Assembly (NCBI GenBank): GCA_951406725.2
Contig: OX597815.1
Span: 50,654,001 to 50,718,000, forward strand
Source: Octopus vulgaris
Taxonomy: Eukaryota
Reading direction: 5' to 3'
DNA length: 64,000 bases
The notes below the pieces were generated by a model. That model saw only the letters and a program-made list of their open reading frames with translations, was not told the DNA's origin and ran no database searches. Position numbers and translations under genes: made by a program. Positions 54,710 through 64,000 of the stretch are shown piece by piece. Position 1 is the first letter of the stretch. Every line of letters starts with the position of its first letter.

Positions 54710-55690
54710 TAAGGCAGTGAGTGTTGGGCAAAATGCTTAATGGCATTTCAGCTGCTTTGAGTTCAGGTTCCACCAAGGTCAACTTTACTTTCATCCTTTT
54801 GGAGTCATTAAAATAAGTACCAGTCAAGTACTGGGGGTCGATGTAAACAACTTAACTCCTCCCCCAAAATTTCAGGCCTTGTGCCTTTAGTAGAAAGGAT
54901 TAGAATCATTAGTACACTGGTCAAATTGTTTAGCAGTATTTTGCCTGTCACTCTGATCTGAGTTCAAATTCTGCCAAGGTCAACTTTGTCTTTCATCCTT
55001 TTGGGTTCATTAAAATAAGTACCAGTTGAACACTGAGGTCGATGTAATCGACTCATCCTCTTCCCAAAATGGCTACCCTTGTGGCAAAATTTGAAGCCAT
55101 GATTATTATTATGGCAGAATCTTTAGCATGCTGGACAAATGCTTCACAGCATTTCTTCTGACTTTACATTCTCAGTTCAAATACTGTTGAGATTGACTTT
55201 GCTTTTTATCCTTGCAGGGTTAATAAAATAAGTATCAGTTGAGTACTGAGATCAATATAATTAACATATCATCCTAAAATTGTTGTCCATGTGCTGAAGC
55301 TATTGCCCCTATGATGAATGTTTAACAGCATTACATCTATCTTAATGTTCTGAGTTCAAATTCTGCCAAGTTTGACTTTGCCTTTCATCTTTTGGGAGGG
55401 TTGATAAAATAAGTACCACTTGAACACTGGGGTCGATGTAATTAACTTACCCTCATGCTTAAAATTGTTGGACTTGTCCCAAAATTTGAAGTCATGATTA
55501 TTGTGGTTGTATGTAGGGTAGTGGAATGGCAAAAGTACCTTGTGTTATTCATTCCTGTTTGCTACACTCTAGGATTAAATCCCTCAAAGCTCAACTTTGC
55601 ACTTCACCCATCCAAGATTGATAACACAAACTACTAGTGAGCTCAATATAATCACTCTAAATTTCTGGCCTAATGCTTTTATTAGGAATT
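54710..55690 (+). mobile_element. Head-to-tail cluster of about 5 SINE family B copies
   Basis: GAGTTCAAAT...CTTTGCCTTTCATCCTT...AAAATAAGTACCAG repeats roughly every 190 bp. Confidence 0.85.
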
Positions 55691-55694
55691 ACTA

Positions 55695-56050
55695 TTACCT
55701 CCGCCTTAGCAAAAGTGGAGGGATTGTTTTCAGTCATGTTTGTTTGTTTGTCTGTGGACAAGATATCTCAAGAACCACTGGATGGATTCAGATGAAACTT
55801 TCAGGAATGTTTGGCCTGATGGACAACTAGCATGAACTGATTAGGTTTTGAGACTGATCTGGTACTGGACAAGGATTCCGGATTGTTTCTCCTGTCTTTT
55901 TACTTAAATTTTTAGAGTAATCAGGTTAATTTTGCGAGAGCAGTCAAGTTTATTTCAGATATTATCATCTTAAAAATCACCTCTGGCTAATCATTGAGAG
56001 GACGTTGGTGCTGTCTTGGTGGAGGCTTGCACTCTCTGAGTACTCTTGTT
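55695..56050 (-). mobile_element. HINE/DINE-1-like element, copy 3
   Basis: Reverse complement of 19580-19944. Confidence 0.7.
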
Positions 56051-56309
56051 ATAATTATTATAATGAGCTTTTCTTCTTCTTTCAGTTTTGTTTCCATTTC
56101 CTGTCAAATATCTTCCTGGCTCCTAAGACAAAGAAACTCATTGTATTCACTGATAGGCCATTAAACTAAATACACCAGGTTAATCATTTTCAAAATGAAA
56201 TTAAGTTATGTGAAAAAAAATATAAAAAAATTAAGATATATGGGTAGTAATCATTCTAGTAATGGTAAGCCAGGGATCATCCACAAATAATTATTGTTGT
56301 TATTAAAAT

Positions 56310-56518
56310 AATGAGCTGGCAGAAACGTTAGCATGCTGGGCAAAATGCTTAGTGACATTTCATCTGTCTTTATGTTCTCAGTTCAAATTCTACTGACGTT
56401 GACTTTGCCTTTCATCCTTTCGGGGTCCATAAATTAAGTACCAGTAAAACACTGGGATTGATGTAATTTGCTAGTCCCCTTCCCTATTTTTCAGGCCTTG
56501 TGCCTATAATAGAAATGA
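56310..56518 (+). mobile_element. SINE family B
   Basis: GAGCTGGCAGAAACGTTAGCATGCTGGGCAAAATGCTTAG head. Confidence 0.85.
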
Positions 56519-56546
56519 TTATTATTATTATCATTATTATTATTAT

Positions 56547-57430
56547 TGAGTATGAGAGCAATGCAAAGTGACACTAAGGTAAAAATTATATGAAACCCAA
56601 TGTACCCATTATGACTACTCATCAGATAAGGGTACACCAGGCATATGCATCACAACCACATGTGCATAACATGGGGATTTCATATCAAGATAAACAGTGC
56701 ATGACCTTGCAGGTGGAGTACAGTAAGAATTTTCTTCACATCAACTAGCCCATCCTGTTCAAAAGGTCCCTGAATAAGGGTTGTTTAAGGATGATGAATA
56801 AAACACTCATGTTTCTAGAGGTGAATTATTCAAACACCAAAGAATTCCTCTCAGCACTTAGCAGTGATGCTCCCCCACTACTCCTGTTCATGATCAGAGT
56901 TGCACATATCGTCACCGCTGAGGGATATGCTTAGCTGGTTAAAGTCAAGCATCTGACAAGCAAATCTGTGGTACTGAACAGAATATTTACTAAAGCCCAT
57001 CTTTGATACCAAGTCAAAATATGGACATGATAACACTTTCAATCAGTGAAGATCAGGATTATTATTATTACTATTATTATTATTATTATTATTGAGTGAG
57101 AGAGCAGTTCATGCCATCAAAGTGACACTGGGGTAAAATATACGAAGCCCAATATACCCATCATGACTACCCGTCTGATAAAGGCACACCAGGCACATGC
57201 ATCACAACCATATGTGCGCGACATGGTGATCTCATATCAAGATAAACAGCACATGACCTTGCAGGTGGGGCCCAGTTAGAATTTTCTTCAGGTTGAGTAG
57301 CCCATCCCGCTCAAACGGTCCCTGAATAAGGGTTGTTTAAGGATGTTGAAAGAACCACCCATGTTTCCAGAGGTGAATTATTCAAACCCCAAAGAATCCC
57401 TCTCAACACATGGCTATGATGCTCCCCCAC

Positions 57431-57432
<2 letters not shown>
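56547..57432. repeat. Two tandem copies of a (TTA)n-flanked repeat (56547-57055 and 57093-57432)
   Basis: AAAGTGACACT...CATATCAAGATAAACAG...GGTGAATTATTCAAAC...GATGCTCCCCCACT occurs in both. Possibly the 3' UTR of a TAA-targeting LINE. Confidence 0.8.
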
Positions 57433-57479
<47 letters not shown>

Positions 57480-57482
<3 letters not shown>

Positions 57483-57922
57483 GGTGACAGAATCATTAGC
57501 ACACCAGGTGAAATGCTTAGCAGTGTTTTGTCTGCCACTACATTCTGAGTCCAAATTGCACTCAGGTCGACTTCGCCTTTCACCCTTTCAGGGTTGATTA
57601 AATAAGAACCAGTTACACACTAGGGTTGATGTAATTGATTTAATTCCCTCCTGCAAGCTGCCCTTGTGGCAAAAATTTGAAATCATTATTATTATTATTA
57701 TCATTGTTAAGGTGGCAGGCTGGCAGAACCATTAGCACGCCAGGTGAAATGCTTAGTAGTATTTTGCCCGTCACTACATTCTGAGTTCAAATTCCATCAT
57801 GGTTGACTTCACCATTCATCCTTTCAGGGTTGATAAAGTACCAGTGAAACACTGGAGTTGATGTAATCGACTAGTCCCCTCCCCACAAATTTCAGGCCTT
57901 GTGCCTTTAGTAGAAAGGATTA
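57480..57922 (+). mobile_element. Two tandem SINE family B copies
   Basis: Family B motifs at 57480-57685 and 57708-57922. Confidence 0.85.
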
Positions 57923-58400
57923 TCATTATTATTATTAGTTTGTCTGTCATGGTTGACAATGACCCAGGACATCACACGGGGGAAGAAGATGGGGTACAAT
58001 GTGAACAGCTATGGCTAATAAGTCCATTGTATGATGCCCCACATCAGACAATGGTGGTCTGCAGGGATTACAGGCAAGAAATTAGCCCTGGACTTGCACT
58101 GTTCATGTTTTCTTATTGCCCCTACAATCCTTTTCTGCCTGGTGCTTGTGTTCCCAGGTGTCAGGGTTGATCTCAAAGCTCCTCAGTAGGGCTTTATGTG
58201 GTGTGGATGGTAGAATCACTGGAGCACCACATTAAATGCTTTGTCGTAATTTTTTTCTTATATTGTGAACACAAATGGATATGTATGTATGTATGTATGT
58301 ACTTACGTATGTATGTGTGTGCATGTGTATGTATGCATGTATTTATTGCATGCATGTATGTTTGTGTGAATATGTATAAGTATATGTATATATATATATA

Positions 58401-58556
58401 CGCAGGAGTGGCTGCGTGGTAAGTAGCTTGCTTACCAACAACATGGTTCCGGGTTCAGTCCCACTGCTTGGCACCTTGTGCAAGTGTCTTCTACTATAGC
58501 CATGGGCTGACCAAAGCCTTGTGAGTGGATTTCGTAGAAACTGAAAGAAGCCCGTC

Positions 58557-58593
<37 letters not shown>

Positions 58594-58795
58594 TGTGTGT
58601 GTGTGTGTTTGTCCCAACAACATCGCTTGACAACCGATGCTGGTGTGTTTACGTCCCCGTAACTTAGCGGTTCGGCAAAACACACCGATAGAATAAGTAC
58701 TAGGCTTACAAAGAATAAGGCCTGGGGTCGATTTGCTCGACTAAAAGCGGTACTCCAGCATGGCCACAGTCAAATGACTGAAACAAGTAAAGAGA
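58401..58795 (+). mobile_element. SINE family A, well-preserved copy
   Basis: tRNA-like head TGGCTGCGTGGTAAG...GGGTTCAGTCCC, internal microsatellite, CpGs retained. Confidence 0.9.
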
Positions 58796-58871
58796 GTATA
58801 CACACAAACATGCATTCATAGATATGTCTACAGTACATGTATGTACGTATATATATGTGTGTGTGTGTGTA

Positions 58872-58903
<32 letters not shown>

Positions 58904-59030
58904 TGTGTGTTTACACGTATATATATGAATATATACAAATCCGTGTATGTGTACAGAAATTTTATATATATTGCATCGTTGAAGTTGTTTATAAGCCATT
59001 TAAGAAACACACTTCAACATTTAAATTTAA

Positions 59031-59081
59031 TTTGCCAAAATATTTTCGTCGCTTTGAGACCGCGACCTGTTCACTGACAAA
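59031..59081 (-). ncRNA. Intact minimal type I hammerhead motif with G3:C8 swapped core
   Basis: UUUGUCA GUGAACA G GUCGC-GGUCUCAAA-GCGAC GAA AAUAUU U UGGCAAA: 7-bp stem I, 5-bp stem II, palindromic stem III. Confidence 0.75.
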
Positions 59082-59413
59082 ATTCCGTGCTGCATCACTT
59101 GCTATGCAAGTACATCTCTGTAATATATATGTACATAGTTGAAGAAGATTAGAGATCTAATATGTGTGTGTGTGTGTGTGTTTCTGTTTCTCCCCCACCA
59201 TTACTTAACAATCAGTATTAGTTTATTTACGTCCCCCGTAAGTTAGCGGTTCAACATAAAAGAGCAATAAAATAAACACTACGCTTTAGAATAGCAAGTA
59301 GTGGGCTCGATTCGTTCGACTAAAATCCTGAAGGCAGTGCCCCAGCATGGCCACATTCCTGTGTTCAAATGACTAAAACGAACAGAAGAATGTGTAGATA
59401 GATAGATAGATAA

Positions 59414-59615
<202 letters not shown>

Positions 59616-59636
59616 GGATGGATGGATGGATGGATG

Positions 59637-59688
<52 letters not shown>

Positions 59689-59989
59689 TGTATGTATGTA
59701 TGTATGTATGTATGCATATATACACACACACATCGTTTTTGAACAGAATTGTTATTTTTCGTTTTCAAGTTAATGTTTACTCAATAGTATTATTGTGTTT
59801 GTGTCTGCGTGCAAGTGTCTGCACATGCGGGTACGTATGTGTCTGCATGTGCGTTCGCGTGCGCATGGATGTACACGCGTGCGTGTGTGCGTCCCTATCT
59901 TTCCACCCTCTCTCTCTCTCTTTCTCCTTCTCTCTCTCTCTCTGAAGTTTCCTGCTTATGTAAGAAATCCTCGTTATTGTTATTGTCTG

Positions 59990-60183
59990 TCAGAGCGGCG
60001 GAATCAGAATCGGCAGATTGTCGGACAATAACCCATTACGTTCTGAATTCAACTTTAACCTAGGTTTACTTTACTTTTATCATATCGAGGTCGATAAAAT
60101 ACCGTATCAGTTTAGTGTATAGTCGATGTAATCGACCGATCATTCAGCCCCTAAATTCCCTGCCTTGAGTTTAACTAAGAAAT
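59990..60183 (+). mobile_element. SINE family B, diverged but CpG-retaining
   Basis: TACGTTCTGAATTCAA...CGAGGTCGATAAAAT...GTCGATGTAATCGAC. Confidence 0.7.
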
Positions 60184-60191
60184 TATTATTA

Positions 60192-60244
<53 letters not shown>

Positions 60245-60729
60245 AATAAATAAATTATCAAATTCTTTTATTGTTCCAGTGTCGAGAAAAAATAATTACC
60301 AGTCATCTACTTGTATCGATTTTAAAATGGCCTTGTGCCTATGTTCAAAATCAATATTATTATAATACGCTAATTTGAATCTTGAAATTATATTACTCAA
60401 TGTTGTGGAGTAAACCTATGATAAAAAAAATGTTCCATCATATTTAAGGTTGCACTATTATTCAGCGTGTTGTTCCCTCCTTTTGTGAGGCGGTAAGGTG
60501 TGAGTTGGGGAAGATTTGGCTGCTATTTTTAGCCGACTGAATGGCTCCCCTGTGAGACTCCCTTGTTGTTGGTTGAATAATATCCGAGGTGGAACCAATT
60601 CATTTCTAAATACTGCCAGAGTTCTTGAGAAACATAGCACCATCGTCTCAATGTTTTAACCCCAACCTCGTAAATTTGAGGTGCCGCACGTTGAAATGAA
60701 TTTTAGATATAGTCAAAACATAACCACAT

Positions 60730-60915
60730 TAATTGAAATAGCCGCCAAAGCCCCCTTAAATTACACTACTACCTTGAAATAAAGAAGGCCACAATGAAAA
60801 ATTAGTCCACGATATACTAAATAATGATAGTGATAAATACTGGAGGATCACGGCTGGAATGCCTTAAATTATAAGGTCTGCCAGATCAGGACTGACCTAG
60901 GGCTAAATATCAACG
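60730..60915 (+). repeat. Dispersed repeat family (GAAATAGCAGCCAAA...GGCTGGAATGCCTT...GACCTGGGGCTAAAC)
   Basis: Related degenerate copies at about 7760-8150, 20790-21000, 29280-29490, 38580-38790 and 61780-61915, and inverted at about 9655-9850, 12020-12230 and 33445-33620. Confidence 0.65.
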
Positions 60916-61927
60916 TTACAGTTACGAAATCAAATTTAATTTGAAGATTCCCTTTTAAATGGAATGTTAATTATGACGCGGAAATTCCTTTCAAGTTTTG
61001 AGTAATTCCTCTGTGTTCGAGATACAATAAACAATTTCTTCCACGAGGAGTAAAAACAGCATGAGATGTAAAGATTGGACGGATAGAAAAGAAAAATGGT
61101 TGAGATTGTGTGGTCTTCATGCTTATATAAAAAACAAAAGGGGGTAATACGATAAAATGAAATAGTTACAACCAGGAATCGAAACCTGGTCGTAAACTCG
61201 CTTAAATGGTTTGAAATACTGTATAATATGCAATAAACGATAATGACAGCCATAAGAGTCAGGATATTTGAAGCAGACGATCTACTGTCAGGACAGAGCA
61301 GAAAAATCTTTCGAGCAGACGAACACACGTACAAAGTGATTTCTCCTCTATGATAAACATTGAAGAGAGGGGAAAAAATAAAACAAATACTTTCACATTG
61401 TTTTGATATTGACTTTGGTAATAATAAACTCTTATATTTCCTCGTGTCTACAAAATAAATAAATGTATATATATATATATAAAGATTCAGACACTCTGGT
61501 GCCCTGAAAGGTCAAAAGAAGAAAGCAATTCCTCCGTTCCAAAACTGATCCCCCATTTTGTAACAACAGTATATTGAGTCGCAAGAAACGAAATATTTAG
61601 TCGGTGAAACCTTAAAAAGTATATATGTATGTGCATGTGTGAGTTTATACTTATGTAATATTTACGTATAACAAAACACATGTTTAGTTTCATTTTTATT
61701 AAGATTTCCGAATAAGTTAAACATATATATATATATATGAGCCCGATATAGTCGCCCGTTCTATCGAAAAATAACAGCCGGATTGTCCACAAATCACACC
61801 TGCTCGCACAAAATTAGAGAGAAAGACACGTTATGTATTCTTGGGTACAAGGTGGTCATGGATGGAATGCTTTTGATCATAACTCAGTTCGCACATGGTT
61901 CACCTTGGCTACTTTATCCATCCATCC

Positions 61928-62064
<137 letters not shown>

Positions 62065-62498
62065 CATATTTGTGCATCTTCGAAAATGTATAAAACACAA
62101 AAATAAAAAGTTTACTCAAAATACAAATTATTTAAGAAATAAAGCATAGTATGGAAATGATTAATTTAATTAACCGCGGTATTATTTATTAGTTTATTAA
62201 AATCATATAAATTTTCGAATGTTTATAAGACATCTTAAAGCGAAAATCATAACAACATTATGAAGGTTGCCGGCAAAGACATGTTGCTATACTGGTATGT
62301 AAACATAAACAAACATTGCTTGGTCGTCCCGTTTGTACTCGTCTTCCTCCTGTCGTTTCAGCGACACAAAGATCGTTTATTTCTATGAAAGAGAGAAATT
62401 TGATCATTTTAAAATATTACATTTCAGAACTGAAATTTGACTATGTTATTATTTTGCTCTCTGCTTCGTTTCAATATCTCTTTCGCCGAATGACTTAC

Positions 62499-62565
62499 AA
62501 GTGTAGTCAACCCGCTTTTACACCAGCCGACAAGTCTTGCCGTAAACTGGCGTGCAACATGTTAT
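62499..62565 (-). other. Candidate first (5' UTR) exon of a - strand transcript
   Basis: ...GACTACACTT|GTAAGTCA donor. A pyrimidine-rich acceptor TTTCTCTCTTTCATAG lies about 115 nt downstream (about 62383). The 5' boundary is unknown. Confidence 0.4.
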
Positions 62566-62740
62566 AGAAACTTTTCTAGCTTATTAATAAATAAAATAAG
62601 ATTATTTTCACTGAATTCTACTGCTTTTTGTCTTGTTATATTTACTCAATCATAAAATTATGCAATCTAATCGCCCATCGGACGTTGTCAGATGTCGCAA
62701 ATTTAAACTTGTCAACAAACCAACAGACGACCTCTACAAA

Positions 62741-62749
62741 ATGGCGGCG
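62741..62749 (+). CDS. First coding micro-exon (Met-Ala-Ala) of an unidentified gene continuing beyond the window
   Basis: Strong start context CAAAATGGCGGCG followed immediately by GTAAGT (phase 0), inside the CpG-rich zone. Confidence 0.6.
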
Positions 62750-63434
62750 GTAAGTTGCGAAATTTGTTTTTCATTGATAAATGGGATGGCTTGCGTCACA
62801 GGAAGGACAGTGCTGATAAAATTTCAATGAATGAGTCATTCTGTCATTTTTTATTTTGTTTATTTATTTTTTATCTGCATAAAAGAAGAAACACTGTTTA
62901 GTTTGTCTTCTTTTGTGAGAGTCTGCTGTCCCGTCCGGCTTGGTCTTAATGACACACACCAGTTGTCAGCTTCTGCTTGCAGTGTACAAGAGTAATGGCA
63001 CTCCACATCGGAGCCTGAATAATTGCCACTAGTTGTTTCTAAGTGCGATGCCAATGATAATGAATCATTATTATTGTTTTGTCGCATATTCACTATTTTT
63101 ATTCGTTTAATTTATTTGCTTATTATTTTGATTGGGACGGAGTGGGTGGGTTAGAATTTATATTTGTTTTATTATTATTATTATTATTATTATTTTTCCT
63201 CAGCTTATTATCCCAATTGTTATCCAATTCTAAGGACAGTTTTAAAGTAAATATCGATAGTCTATCTATTTTGTTTGGGAGACTGAGTCAGAGATGGGAG
63301 CGAGGAACCGCTTTCTCTCCTATGCTACCATCGACTAATGAATGAATAAATTCATTTATTTATCTTCATCCCTTGATTTTTTTAAACTACTTTCCTCTTC
63401 AATTCCTTCTGTTCTTTTCAATGTTTTCTTTCGT

Positions 63435-63504
<70 letters not shown>

Positions 63505-63961
63505 GTCAGCAAGTGACAAGCTGCAGTTGTGTTCTAAATATCAGTTTCGCTTCCTCCGTCAGTGCTGATAATAAACATTGCTAAAATACAGCTGATATGT
63601 GTCACACCTCATCCTATGTTTAACTCTGTTGTTATTCGTCGTCAATACTGCTACCTTCTTTGGGATGGAGCTGCATTAGAAGATAGATAGATACATACAT
63701 AGAGAGCTGAGCAGGTAGACATAGTACGTTTATAGTATAGTTAGAGGTAGAAAGGTAATAGTTATAGATAGGCAGATAAATAGATGGTAGATAGAAGGGT
63801 AGGTAGATAAATAGTGTGTGTACGTGAGAGAGAGAGAGAGAGAGAAAACAATAAGATAGAAAATGAATAGGTAACTAAGTAGAAAGACAGATAAAAGAGT
63901 AGACAGATCGCTAAATGGATTGTGGATAGGTAAACTGAAAGAAAGACAAACATGGAGCTAG

Positions 63962-64000
<39 letters not shown>

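Larger units (their letters stand above)
62270..62800. promoter_or_regulatory. Probable CpG-rich bidirectional promoter region
   Basis: High CpG density in unique sequence, a YY1-type CAAAATGGCGGC at 62737-62748, and two divergent perfect GTAAGT donors (62750 on +, 62498 on -). Confidence 0.6.

Noticed and set aside
61166-61195. GAAACCTGGTC as the 3' half of a hammerhead
   Set aside because: No NUGANNA core upstream. It is a simple hairpin TTAC-A-ACCAGG...CCTGGT-C-GTAA.
60936-61334. 132-aa - strand ORF
   Set aside because: No ATG start, composition typical of AT-rich non-coding DNA, and no recognisable domain.
63503-63584. Exon 2 of the MAA gene after the (CT)n-CAG
   Set aside because: Phase-0 joining gives MAAVSK* immediately, and the pyrimidine tract is just a microsatellite.

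Overview
AT-rich, microsatellite-saturated eukaryotic DNA. The SINE/LINE repertoire looks like a coleoid cephalopod, probably Octopus (inferred from recalled repeat families, not from a search). Almost all ORFs in the track are translations of simple repeats. Most of the window is intronic or intergenic and filled with decayed mobile elements: a near full-length Tc1 DD34E pseudo-element, maT-like and mariner remnants, a piggyBac-like MITE, Helentron-associated (HINE/DINE-like) elements, R4/Dong-like LINE 3' fragments in (TAA)n tracts, RTE 3' tails, several tRNA-derived SINE families and a Penelope-like (GIY-YIG) remnant. A CpG-retaining zone at about 59-63.7 kb contains a probable bidirectional promoter, with a + strand first coding micro-exon (ATGGCGGCG|GTAAGT) and a divergent - strand donor. 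The main unexpected signal is a set of minimal type I hammerhead ribozyme motifs of the Penelope-associated kind. Two families carry compensated swaps of the catalytic-core C3:G8 pair: G3:C8 at 59031-59081 and A3:U8 at 14492-14735. Most repeat boundaries were placed by eye and are approximate.
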